From Spirochaetia bacterium (GTDB lineage Bacteria > Spirochaetota > Spirochaetia > SZUA-6 > Fen-1364), in assembly GCA_049515135.1 (NCBI GenBank), contig JBEKUJ010000005.1, positions 227,252 through 291,251 on the forward strand: a stretch of DNA of 64,000 nt, written 5' to 3'. The notes under the pieces were generated by a model that worked only from the letters and a program-made list of their open reading frames with translations, did not search any database and was not told where the DNA came from. Each line of letters starts with the position of its first letter. Positions within the stretch are counted from its first letter, which is position 1. Below are positions 1 through 8,397 of the stretch, piece by piece. A program made the translations under genes and the position numbers.

Positions 1-648
1 CCCGCGCTGGTCGCCGATATCGTCAGCGGTGAAGATGAGGTCAACCTGCCCCGGGGCCGCTTCCAGGACCCGTGTGAAGAACTGGATGTAGAACCGCGCC
101 ACCCGATCCATGATCCGGTGAACCAGCTCCTCTTCCGCCATCACGTCCATCAGCATCTGCTCGAAGCCGCGCATATACCAGGAGGTCTCGAAGATGTTGC
201 CGTTGCCCACCATGACGCACTTGTCGGTGCCCGCAAGGGCCGCGTCGATCACCCCGGGGAGGCCATCGTAGTCGAACCAGTCAGGGTCGGGCCAGCGGTG
301 GGCATCAAGGTCCGGGATGCCGCCCGAGGCCGCGAGGGGATAGTCTGCAATCTCGTTGTAGCTGCCGGAGCCGTAGCTCACCACCCTGCGGCGCACCCCC
401 CAGATGTCGGTGTCCGGAGGCAGGGGAGGGCCGATGTACCGCGGGCTCACTTCAACGATGTCGATGATGGGGGTAAGATACTCCTCCACCGACAACCCCC
501 TCTCCGCCGCCAGAAAATCAGCCAGCGCGTTCATGGCCGGCGGGTTGATGCCGGCGCAGACCATGCCTACCGGTATCCTGTCTGTTGTGCGGTGCTGGAG
601 CGCAAGAGCCACCCTCTCCCGGCCTGGAAGCGTTTCTTTGCGCGGCAT
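1..648 (-). CDS. Uroporphyrinogen decarboxylase (URO-D) family protein, an MtaA/CmuA-like methyltransferase paralog. It is 5' complete; its C-terminus runs off the window start.
   Basis: Reverse-strand translation from the ATG at 648 reads MPRKETLPGRERVALALQHRTTDRIPVGMVCAGINPP...VMVGNGNIFETSWYMRGFEQMLMDVMAEEELVHRIMDRVARFYIQFF... and stays open through position 1. It is clearly paralogous to the + strand URO-D ORFs at 43246 and 46116. The listed + ORF 118..654 is its antisense shadow. Confidence 0.7.
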   Translation of the reverse strand, partial: MPRKETLPGRERVALALQHRTTDRIPVGMVCAGINPPAMNALADFLAAERGLSVEEYLTPIIDIVEVSPRYIGPPLPPDTDIWGVRRRVVSYGSGSYNEIADYPLAASGGIPDLDAHRWPDPDWFDYDGLPGVIDAALAGTDKCVMVGNGNIFETSWYMRGFEQMLMDVMAEEELVHRIMDRVARFYIQFFTRVLEAAPGQVDLIFTADDIGDQRG

Positions 649-723
649 GGATGAGGATTGTAGCCAGTGCGCGGCAGGTCAACAAGCGTACGGCCTGGTG
701 CCGATATTCAGAGTGACGGGCTT

Positions 724-1476
724 ATGCGCATGAAAGTCGCCTACGTGCGCCTTCTCTCGTCCCGGCGGGAAGACCTTGGGAGGGGCCAGGACCTTTACCG
801 GCTGCGGGAGAGGCGGGGGGAGAAGATTGCCGCGGTTGATCCCGAGACCGAACGGCCCCTGGGGTGGATCTCCATCTATCCCGACAGGGACGCCGGTGGC
901 GCTTTCTTTGCCCTGGCCGGCATCGAGGTTCTCCCCGCGTGGCGGGGAATGGGGATCGGCACGGGGCTCGTGAATCAGGCCGGGGACTACATGCGCGAGC
1001 ACAGGACATCGAGACTGAAGTTCGGAACCAGCCCGCTGCTGACGTGGAATGCCGGCCTCTACATGAGGCACTTCGGGATGCGTTATTCGTGGAAGGAAGG
1101 AGTCAGGACCTCCGAGGGGAAGCCCTGGCCATACATTTCCTGCGAGTGGGACCTGGACGATCCTCTGGTGAAGCCGCCGGACCTCAGCCTGGACGAGCTG
1201 GGCGCCCGAAGCGCCGTTGACTGGACGGGGCTCGTCCCGGCGCCGCGCCGGGGGCTTGTCTATTCAGGTTCGCTCTTTCTGCCCCTGCCGGACCTGACCA
1301 ACGATGACCTTGCGGACCTGGTGCAGCGCAGCCCGGAGTTCCTTTTCACCATGAACCGGGTATTCCAGGAGCTGTTCCGTCACGGGTACCGCTTCGCGTG
1401 GTTCGATACCGTCCCCGTTTCCGGTACGCTTCAGCGCCAGTGCTTCTATTTCATGGACAACCCCTTTGCCCTGTGA
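724..1476 (+). CDS. GNAT-family N-acetyltransferase-like protein
   Basis: Motif-A-like stretch IEVLPAWRGMGIGTGLVNQAGDYM. The listed ORF starts at GTG 667, but that would overlap the divergent gene starting at 648; ATG 724 (MRMKVAYV) is more plausible. Confidence 0.5.
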   Translation: MRMKVAYVRLLSSRREDLGRGQDLYRLRERRGEKIAAVDPETERPLGWISIYPDRDAGGAFFALAGIEVLPAWRGMGIGTGLVNQAGDYMREHRTSRLKFGTSPLLTWNAGLYMRHFGMRYSWKEGVRTSEGKPWPYISCEWDLDDPLVKPPDLSLDELGARSAVDWTGLVPAPRRGLVYSGSLFLPLPDLTNDDLADLVQRSPEFLFTMNRVFQELFRHGYRFAWFDTVPVSGTLQRQCFYFMDNPFAL

Positions 1477-1511
1477 TTGCACACGCCGGGAGAAATGGTT
1501 AGTATCCGTTC

Positions 1512-1781
1512 ATGGACAATACGCTCGCGGTGGAGCTCTCACGAAGCGAGAGGGAGCTTATGCTGAACATCCTCCACATCAGCCCGGATGTCGAGAAGAA
1601 ACTCATTTCAACCAGGATTACCGGCAACAGATACCACATCGATTTTTCCGCCGCCGAGCTCCAGGGGATCATCAACGGACTGGCTTCCGAATCGAACCAT
1701 ACGGACGACCGCACCCTTGCGCGCGCCTATGACGAGCTGCGCGAGAGGCTGGAGAAGATCCTGGAAAAGGACACGCCGTAG
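1512..1781 (+). CDS. Small hypothetical protein (89 aa) rich in K/E/R
   Basis: ATG start and an ORF with non-repetitive composition. It is co-directional and tightly spaced with the next two genes. I recognise no family. Confidence 0.4.
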   Translation: MDNTLAVELSRSERELMLNILHISPDVEKKLISTRITGNRYHIDFSAAELQGIINGLASESNHTDDRTLARAYDELRERLEKILEKDTP

Positions 1782-1795
1782 CGCAGCTGCCTGCC

Positions 1796-2308
1796 ATGCA
1801 GAGCGACCCGCAAGCCGTCGTCTACCTTGCTCTGCTTACCCTGGTTGCCATCCTTGCCCTGATCATCGTCGTCCTGGTCTGGCAATCCGAGCGCAGGCGC
1901 ACCGGCTCCCGCATCGAGGAGCTTCTCAAAGACCGTGACAGAGACCTCCTCTCTGCCCGCAGGGAGAGCGTGGAGAAGGCCAGGAGCTCCCTCAAGGGAC
2001 AGATCGCAGAGCAGATGGCGCCGCTCCTGCCGGGGTTCCTCTACCTGCCGGCCGACGCGAGGTTCCTGGGTGACCCGGTTGACTACATCGTCTTCGATGG
2101 GTACACGGGCGTCAGAGACGGGGGAGCTCTCGAAGAAGGGCTCGAGGTGGTCCTGCTGGAGGTCAAGCATGGCAAATCTGCCCTCTCGCCTTTCCAGCGC
2201 AGTATTGCGCGCTCGGTGGAGGAAGGGCGGGTGCGTTTCGAGGTGTGCAGGATCCTGGAGGACGGATCCATGACTCGTGAAACATGGCACCCGCGGCGGC
2301 GCTCATGA
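1796..2308 (+). CDS. Membrane-anchored endonuclease related to archaeal Holliday junction resolvase (Endonuc_Holl/PF10107-like)
   Basis: N-terminal TM helix VVYLALLTLVAILALIIVVLVW and a charged coiled linker. The C-terminal core DYIVFDG...VVLLEVKHGKSALSPFQRSIARSVEEGRVRFEV matches the D..FDG / E.K restriction-endonuclease-like signature of this family. Confidence 0.55.
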   Translation: MQSDPQAVVYLALLTLVAILALIIVVLVWQSERRRTGSRIEELLKDRDRDLLSARRESVEKARSSLKGQIAEQMAPLLPGFLYLPADARFLGDPVDYIVFDGYTGVRDGGALEEGLEVVLLEVKHGKSALSPFQRSIARSVEEGRVRFEVCRILEDGSMTRETWHPRRRS

Positions 2309-3048
2309 AACTGAGAGTCCCCATCTTCGCGTTTGCCCTCTGTCTTGCCGGGGCAGCGGGGCAGGAGCTTTCCGCGCAAAGCCCCTCCCTCGGTTCCATG
2401 CGTCCGGGAAGGCAGATCAGCCTTGCCAAGGTCAAGGACACTTTCTTTTCCTATGTGCTGGGAATTGTTCTGACCGGCCTCGAGGTGGACCTCGACAATG
2501 CGCAGATGAGGGAAATCCTGACCGAGTTCCAGACGAAGCTCAAGTTTCCCTTCGACATGGTGACCCGGGTCATCCAGCACACTGAGCCCGATTCGGGGGA
2601 GCGCACAATCTCCCTCATCTTCAACGGTGACGTGTTCATTCCGATCCCCTATTCGTTCTTTGGCTACCACCCCGGCACCCTCAGATCCACCGAAACGCTC
2701 AGTTTCCGGGTCACCCGCTTTGCGTATACAGACCCCAAGGACCCGCAGGCATATACACCGGTGTACGATCTTTCCCTTTCGGACGGGAGCATTCTCCTTG
2801 ACATTGATAGCTGGCTGGTCTACGTGCTTGGCAACCTCCTGGACAAGCTGGACGTCCGGCACGTCGTCTTTTTCAGCTATCAGGGCGCGTGGATCGGCCT
2901 CGTCGAGGGGAGAGGCAGGATCTGGAACCGGGACATGCGGGAGTATTTCGATTTCACCAACAACAGGATCGTCTATCCCGTGTCCGACAAGCTCGATGCG
3001 ATGGGTAAGGGGTTCATCGCTGCCAGCCGGCCGCTGGCGGATCACTAG
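2305..3048 (+). CDS. Secreted hypothetical protein (signal peptide)
   Basis: MKLRVPIFAFALCLAGAAGQ is a signal-peptide-like N-terminus. ATG 2305 overlaps the upstream stop as ATGA, implying translational coupling. I recognise no family. Confidence 0.5.
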   Translation: MKLRVPIFAFALCLAGAAGQELSAQSPSLGSMRPGRQISLAKVKDTFFSYVLGIVLTGLEVDLDNAQMREILTEFQTKLKFPFDMVTRVIQHTEPDSGERTISLIFNGDVFIPIPYSFFGYHPGTLRSTETLSFRVTRFAYTDPKDPQAYTPVYDLSLSDGSILLDIDSWLVYVLGNLLDKLDVRHVVFFSYQGAWIGLVEGRGRIWNRDMREYFDFTNNRIVYPVSDKLDAMGKGFIAASRPLADH

Positions 3049-3107
3049 CGCGCCCTTCCGGTCTTGATCCGAAACGGTCTCCGGGCGTACCCTTCCAGCG
3101 GGAGGGG

Positions 3108-3875
3108 ATGGTGAGCGTGGTTATTGCCTGCGCGCAGCTTGCGTGCGCTCCCGGTGATATTCCCCGAAATACTGCCCGCATGACCGAGATGACGGCCCAG
3201 GCGGCGCGCATGGGCGCCCGCGTGCTCGTTTTTCCCGAGCTCTGCCTCAGCGGATATCTTGCCCCCTCTGCGGCCATGCGCCTGGCAATCCCCGCGGACG
3301 GCCCGGATATATCGAAGCTTCGCGCCGCGGCAAAGGAGACCGGGGTCGCCCTGTGCTTTGGCTTTCCAGAGCGCGCTCCGGACGGGCTGTACAACAGCAT
3401 GGCATTCCTTGACAGGAGCGGAGCGCCGCCGATTGTCTACAGGAAGATCCATCTCTGGGTGACGGAGAGAGGCTGGGCCGCGGAAGGAAAGCAGCTCGTG
3501 TCCTTCGGCATGGATGGACTGCGCTGCGGCATGTGGATCTGCTATGACTGCCGGTTCCCCGAGGCGGCGCGCGCCCTCGCGCTGGGCGGCGTCAGGCTTG
3601 CGTTCGTCGGCTCCGCCTGGTTTGGCCCGGCAGCGGAGTGGGAGCTGGCGGCGAGGGCGCGCGCGCTGGACAACGGAATCTTTGTGGCCGCAGCTGCCGT
3701 CCAGGGCAGGTTCGGGGACGCTGCGTTCCACGGGGCAAGCCTCGTGGTGGACCCGCACGGCTTGCCGGGCAGGGATACACGGTGCGCAGCGAGGTCAGGG
3801 ACTGCGACATTGCGGCGCTCCGCGGGGACGAGCTTCTCATCGTCGAGATCAAGAAGACCCTTAACCTTGCCGTGA
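3108..3875 (+). CDS. Carbon-nitrogen hydrolase (nitrilase superfamily) with an aberrant C-terminus; possible truncation or frameshift after about residue 222
   Basis: Sequence MVSVVIACAQLA...VLVFPELCLSGY...WICYDCRFPE...SLVVDPHG is typical of CN hydrolases up to DPHG, including the ICYD catalytic Cys context. The last roughly 35 residues are low-complexity and do not look like a nitrilase. Confidence 0.55.
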   Translation: MVSVVIACAQLACAPGDIPRNTARMTEMTAQAARMGARVLVFPELCLSGYLAPSAAMRLAIPADGPDISKLRAAAKETGVALCFGFPERAPDGLYNSMAFLDRSGAPPIVYRKIHLWVTERGWAAEGKQLVSFGMDGLRCGMWICYDCRFPEAARALALGGVRLAFVGSAWFGPAAEWELAARARALDNGIFVAAAAVQGRFGDAAFHGASLVVDPHGLPGRDTRCAARSGTATLRRSAGTSFSSSRSRRPLTLP

Positions 3876-4414
3876 TAGTCCAGGCCGTGCAGCGCCAGCG
3901 GATGACGGATACTGTGTACGTCGCAATCCCACGGCCTCCCAGCAAATGGAAATGGTGGAGGGAGAGTCGCGGTGTCTTCCATCTTCTGCGGCGGCTGGAG
4001 CTCGGTCTCATCCTGGTGTCTCCTTCCAACGGCGCGCCCCCGGTGGATGTGGTGTTCCAACCCAGGCCGCTTGCGCGCAGAAGGCGGGCGCCATCCCGCC
4101 GCGCCGTGCTTGCCGAGATCTCGGGAAGGACCTCGGACCTCAACACCGCGGGAAGCTCCCGGAGGAAGCTCGTCACCGCGTACCGCGAAAGCGCAATCCG
4201 CATTGCCTGCTGCCTCATGTCCCGCGGCGGGATGGCGCCCGCGCAGCTTCGCGCTCTGGGCACGGGGCCCAAGACGCAATCCATCCTCCACTACAATCCG
4301 TATGGTTGGTTCACACGGGTCCGCAAGGGCGTGTACGCGCTGAGCGCTCGCGGCAGGCGCGAGCTCAAGGAGTACCCGCAGCTCACCGCGCATTACCTGT
4401 CTCTCATGGATTGA
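3778..4414 (+). CDS. Restriction-endonuclease-fold protein (DUF2161-like) with a C-terminal winged helix. Its start is undefined because its N-terminal motif overlaps the nitrilase 3' end.
   Basis: Frame of the listed ORF 3638..4414. GQGYTVRSEVRDCDIAALRGDELLIVEIKKTLNLAVIVQAVQRQRMTDTVYVAIPRP resembles the DUF2161 N-terminal nuclease-like core. The C-terminal segment TRVRKGVYALSARGRREL is wHTH-like. Confidence 0.4.
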
Positions 4415-4435
4415 TTCCGCCCCGGTTTCGGCGGT

Positions 4436-4750
4436 ATGCTTCCAGCAAGGGGGGACACCGTGGCTTTTCAACACGTGGAGGGGACTGACAAGGGAAAGAT
4501 CCTTGTCTATTCCCTCAGCACCTGCATGTGGTGCCGCATGGCGAAAAACCTCCTGAAAGATCTCGGGGTCAGCTACGAGTACGTCGACGTTGATCTTCTG
4601 CCCGTGGAGGAAAAGGATGCCGTCAAGAAGGAGATCCGCACGTGGAACCCCGACGGCTCCTACCCCACAATCGTCATAAACGACAAGGACTGCGTGTCGG
4701 GCTTCGATGAGACGGAAATCAAGGAGAAGATCGGAGTGAAGGGCGGATGA
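4436..4750 (+). CDS. Glutaredoxin-like protein (CxxC thioredoxin fold, NrdH/YruB-like)
   Basis: [20 protein letters not shown] has a CMWC active site followed by a Grx-like core. An alternative GTG start at 4460 is preceded by AAGGGGGG at good spacing. The stop overlaps the next gene's start as ATGA. Confidence 0.65.
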   Translation: MLPARGDTVAFQHVEGTDKGKILVYSLSTCMWCRMAKNLLKDLGVSYEYVDVDLLPVEEKDAVKKEIRTWNPDGSYPTIVINDKDCVSGFDETEIKEKIGVKGG

Positions 4751-5343
4751 GCACGGGAGAGCAAAACCCCGTCATCACTCCCCAGCAGGTGCAGCAGCTC
4801 TTCGAGCGCCTCACGAAGGAGGCGGAGAGCGCCGGTTATCACCTGAACCCGGACGTTGATTTCACCAAAGGGCTGGTTGAGGGGCTCCTGGTGAACGAGG
4901 CGCGCTACGGTTACTGGGCGTGCCCGTGCAGGCTCGCTTCCGGCTCCAAGGAGCAGGACCTCGACATCATCTGTCCGTGCGACTACCGGGACCCTGACCT
5001 CGACCAATACGACACCTGCTACTGCGCCCTGTACGTTTCCCAGGACGTGGTGGAGGGAAAGAAAAAGGCGACCAGGATTCCCGAGCGCAGACCCGAGGGG
5101 CCCAGACCCGAGGCGCGCAGGCCCGGAGGCCAAAAGCCCCAGGGCGCAACTGCATCCGCAGACCGCGGGGCTGGCGGCGCGGGAAGCGCGGAGCCCTCCG
5201 CGGCTGGCGCTGGCCTGCGGGAGGCGCTGGGGTTCCCGGTCTGGCGCTGTCGGGTCTGCGGCTACCTGTGCGCCCGGGACCAGCCCCCGGCGGTCTGCCC
5301 TATCTGCAGGGCCAAGAAAGAGCGCTTCGAGCGGTTCCTCTGA
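4747..5343 (+). CDS. Ferredoxin:disulfide reductase: ferredoxin-thioredoxin-reductase catalytic-subunit-like domain fused to a C-terminal rubredoxin-like domain
   Basis: Cysteine pattern [40 protein letters not shown] (CPC..CPC..CYC, FTR-type [4Fe-4S]/disulfide). A Pro/Gly/Ala-rich linker follows, then the rubredoxin-type knuckles CRVCGY....CPIC. Confidence 0.65.
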   Translation: MSTGEQNPVITPQQVQQLFERLTKEAESAGYHLNPDVDFTKGLVEGLLVNEARYGYWACPCRLASGSKEQDLDIICPCDYRDPDLDQYDTCYCALYVSQDVVEGKKKATRIPERRPEGPRPEARRPGGQKPQGATASADRGAGGAGSAEPSAAGAGLREALGFPVWRCRVCGYLCARDQPPAVCPICRAKKERFERFL

Positions 5344-5353
5344 GAGCTGCCAT

Positions 5354-6589
5354 TCACGGCGCAGCAAGGGACGGCAGATCCACCGGTGTTCCCTGGTCCT
5401 GCGAGATAAGGCCGGCGACCCGTCTTTGCGCCGCGCCAAGTGAGCCGGACCCCGCCATGCTCACCAGCTCCTGGAACCGTGTCTTGTCCGAGAGGCGAGA
5501 GAGAAAAGGGAAGGACTGGCGCAGGACCCAATAGCCCCATCCAGGATCCAGCTTGAAGCTCGGGGTTCGCGAGCTTCCTCGGGTTCCGCTCTCGAGGCTT
5601 CGAAGCCGGCGGTATTCCCTGTCGATCTCCGCGCTCACGCCACGACCCGCAATCCTGCGTACCACGTCCATGCGGACCAGCTCCATCTTCCTGTCCAGGT
5701 TGGTGCCGCTCCTGAAGCTGACCGGAACCGGGATGGAGACCAGGATCTCTCCGTCCTGCGTGAATCCGGTCATCCCTTCGGTATGGTAGCCCTTTTCCAG
5801 AGGGAGCACCGGTGCGGCCCGCGGCGAAACTCTCAGGCTCCTGTACCGCGCAAGCTGCTCGGCAACCCGGCGCACCTCTTCCTGGAGACCGGGGTGGCCC
5901 GGCTGTTCTGCGAGCCGGCGTTCGAGATCAGGCAGAAGCTCATTCTCCATGTAGTGGACGGCCTGCGAGAGGGGGAGGCGCATGGAAGGCGACGTGTATG
6001 TCACCTCTTCCCCCTCCTCGATCCCGTACGGAGGCTTCTGTGGCCTGAGCCGTATCATCACCGGGAAGAGGGAGAGGAGGATCCGCTGCAGGAAACGCGG
6101 GTAGCCCTCGATGTCCAGGGGAGGATAGCGATCGTCCTCACCCATGTACTTGCGGATGGAAGTGACGAGGGTCCGGGAAAGGATCCGCCTGCTGCGTTCA
6201 CTGATCTCCAGTGGCTCCAGGAATGCGTCGCCGCCCTGGACAAGGAACTCCTCGAAAAGCCTCTTCACCTCGATAAAGGAGGCGCTCTCCTGGACGACTC
6301 CTTCCTGATCACGCGAGATGTTCTGCGACGTCAGGCCGTCCACCAGGCGGATTGCCATCGAGGCCCGTCTGCCGATTGCCGCAGCCAGCTCCTCGAAGCC
6401 TGCCCCGGCCCCAGGCCTGGCGGCTCTTTTCATCAGGGCAAGGCACAGGCGCAGCTTCACGCCGGCCAGGGTCAGGGTGAGATCGATGTCCTTGAGCCCA
6501 GAGAGCCGGGAGTCCAAGGCCTCCACCAGGCCCTCCAACCTGCCTTCCTCAGCGAGAAGCTCCTGGGCCTGATGCGCAAGGTCGCTCAC
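5354..6589 (-). CDS. Hypothetical protein (411 aa)
   Basis: Long minus-strand ORF with balanced composition. The overlapping + ORF 5783..6784 is R/H/G/P-rich antisense-like. I recognise no family. Confidence 0.5.
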   Translation of the reverse strand: MSDLAHQAQELLAEEGRLEGLVEALDSRLSGLKDIDLTLTLAGVKLRLCLALMKRAARPGAGAGFEELAAAIGRRASMAIRLVDGLTSQNISRDQEGVVQESASFIEVKRLFEEFLVQGGDAFLEPLEISERSRRILSRTLVTSIRKYMGEDDRYPPLDIEGYPRFLQRILLSLFPVMIRLRPQKPPYGIEEGEEVTYTSPSMRLPLSQAVHYMENELLPDLERRLAEQPGHPGLQEEVRRVAEQLARYRSLRVSPRAAPVLPLEKGYHTEGMTGFTQDGEILVSIPVPVSFRSGTNLDRKMELVRMDVVRRIAGRGVSAEIDREYRRLRSLESGTRGSSRTPSFKLDPGWGYWVLRQSFPFLSRLSDKTRFQELVSMAGSGSLGAAQRRVAGLISQDQGTPVDLPSLAAP

Positions 6590-6601
6590 GGGGCAAGTAT
6601 A

Positions 6602-7081
6602 TTACTTTCCGGGCCAGGCCTTCAGGGCTCTGCGGACGTCGACGAGCTGGCCGAGATGGTAGGAATTGTGATCCACGACCAGAAGAGCCTCGCGGAGCAG
6701 GGTCTGGCCGTCGCCGTGGGGGATCGGCGCAAGAAGGTCGTTCTTTGGATCCTGCACCAGCTTGATGACGGCCTCACGGTCTGAGCGGAACTTCTTCACC
6801 GTTTCATCCCAACCCGAGTCGGCAACGGGTGCCGCCGTGCCGGGCCAGTAGCCTTGCGGCCATTCGGGAGACTTGTGCGCGGGATCTCTCACGAACTCCA
6901 GGATGTCCCACTGCGCCATCCAGAGATGGTACAGGATGTGCCACGCCGTGTGGGGAAGTCCCGCAACGCTGCGGCCGGCGAGCTCCACCGGGAAGCCGTC
7001 CACGGCTTTTTCGAATGGAACGTGCGCTCCACGGCCTCTGAGCGAGTCCGCAAGCTGGTCGCGAAGCTTTCCTTCGTCCAT
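6602..7081 (-). CDS. DinB/YfiT-family metal-dependent hydrolase-like protein
   Basis: WHILYHLWMAQWDILEF and VVDHNSYHLGQL are the His-rich DinB_2 motifs. ATG at 7081 (MDEGKLRD) is preceded by GGAGGA. Confidence 0.65.
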   Translation of the reverse strand: MDEGKLRDQLADSLRGRGAHVPFEKAVDGFPVELAGRSVAGLPHTAWHILYHLWMAQWDILEFVRDPAHKSPEWPQGYWPGTAAPVADSGWDETVKKFRSDREAVIKLVQDPKNDLLAPIPHGDGQTLLREALLVVDHNSYHLGQLVDVRRALKAWPGK

Positions 7082-7157
7082 GGCGTTTCCTCCTATCCCC
7101 TTCAATGTACTGCATCTGCTGTTCCAAGGCGCCCATTTCCTACTATAGTGAGGTCGA

Positions 7158-8396
7158 ATGGAACGCAAGGACATCGCCGGACCGCGGCCGCTCAGGACTT
7201 TCGCGGCTCTCGCATATCCCAACTACCGTCTCTGGTTTGTCGGGCAGATGACCTCCCTTTTCGGGACCTGGATGCAGACCACGGCGCAAGGCTACCTTGT
7301 CTACGAGCTCACACACTCGGAGGCGTACCTGGGCTACGTTGGGTTCGCTTCGGGGGTCGCCACATGGGCGTTCACTCTCTACGGTGGCGCAGTTGCCGAC
7401 AGGATGCCGCGGCGCAACCTCCTTGTGGTGACGCAGACCTTCGCCATGCTCCTGGCGTTCGTTTTGTCCCTTCTCACCTTCCTGCGCATCGTTGCCCCCT
7501 GGCACATCGTTGTCCTTGCGTTCTTCCTCGGCGTGGTAAATGCGTTCGACGCACCCGCCCGGCAGTCCTTCGTGCTGGAGATGGTGGACCGTCCCGTGCT
7601 TACCAACGCAATTGCGCTGAACTCCATGATGTTCAACACGGCCACGGCCATCGGACCGATGGTCGGCGGGCTCACATACTGGCTTTTCGGACCGGCCTGG
7701 TGCTTCGCCATCAACGGCCTTTCCTTCCTGGCCGTCATTGCCGCGCTCCTGGCCATGCGCCTTGCACCGTGGACACCGCCGGCCCGCAGGGGATCCACCT
7801 TCGGAGAGATCAGGGAAGGGTTCCGCGCCGTTGTTGCGGAGCGTCGGATCCTTGCCATCATCTGCCTGATGGCATCGATAAGCCTTTTCGGCATGTCGTT
7901 CGCAACCCTCGTCCCCGCCTGGGCGGTCCAGATCCTTCACGGGGACTCACGCATCAACGGCTTCCTCCAGTCTGCCCGCGGCATTGGGGCGCTGGGATCC
8001 GCGCTGTGGATCGCATCGATCGCCCATCGCCGCAGGAAAGGGCGGACCATAACGTTGGCCAGCTTCCTGTTCCCCGTGATGCTCTTCCTTTTTTCCCTGA
8101 CCCGCGTCCTTCCCCTGTCCCTCCTTGCCATCCTTGGCGTGGGGGCCGCGAACATCATGGTGAACAACCTGGCGAACGCGCTGGTGCAGACCCTGACCCC
8201 GGATGCCGTGCGCGGCCGGGTCATGAGCATCTACATGCTGGCCTTCTTCGGCTTCATGCCGGTGGGAGCGCTGCTTGCAGGGTCTATCGCGACGGTCATC
8301 GGGGTTCCGACCACAATCGTGATCGGCGCCTCGGGCACGCTCCTGTGTGCCCTGGCCGTGGCGCTCCTCGTGCCCTCGGTGCGAAGGCTGGACTAG
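7158..8396 (+). CDS. MFS transporter (EntS/MFS_3-like)
   Basis: 412 aa with 12 predicted TM segments and N-terminal YPNYRLWFVGQMTSLFGTWMQ typical of this MFS subfamily. RBS GAGG upstream. Confidence 0.8.
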   Translation: MERKDIAGPRPLRTFAALAYPNYRLWFVGQMTSLFGTWMQTTAQGYLVYELTHSEAYLGYVGFASGVATWAFTLYGGAVADRMPRRNLLVVTQTFAMLLAFVLSLLTFLRIVAPWHIVVLAFFLGVVNAFDAPARQSFVLEMVDRPVLTNAIALNSMMFNTATAIGPMVGGLTYWLFGPAWCFAINGLSFLAVIAALLAMRLAPWTPPARRGSTFGEIREGFRAVVAERRILAIICLMASISLFGMSFATLVPAWAVQILHGDSRINGFLQSARGIGALGSALWIASIAHRRRKGRTITLASFLFPVMLFLFSLTRVLPLSLLAILGVGAANIMVNNLANALVQTLTPDAVRGRVMSIYMLAFFGFMPVGALLAGSIATVIGVPTTIVIGASGTLLCALAVALLVPSVRRLD

Positions 8397-8397
8397 G

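Noticed and set aside
118-654. Listed + strand ORF of 178 aa
   Set aside because: It is R/H/G/P/A-rich antisense-type sequence. The opposite strand encodes a clean URO-D-family protein across the same bases.
5100-5260. Pro/Gly/Ala-rich low-complexity stretch inside the FDR gene
   Set aside because: I considered a frameshift joining two genes. The frame is continuous and both flanking domains are in the same ORF. I interpret it as a flexible interdomain linker, noted under the FDR finding.
5783-6784. 333-aa + ORF opposite the 411-aa hypothetical gene
   Set aside because: Its composition is antisense-like (R, H, G, Q, P rich), with no RBS or family resemblance. The minus-strand ORF is far more protein-like.
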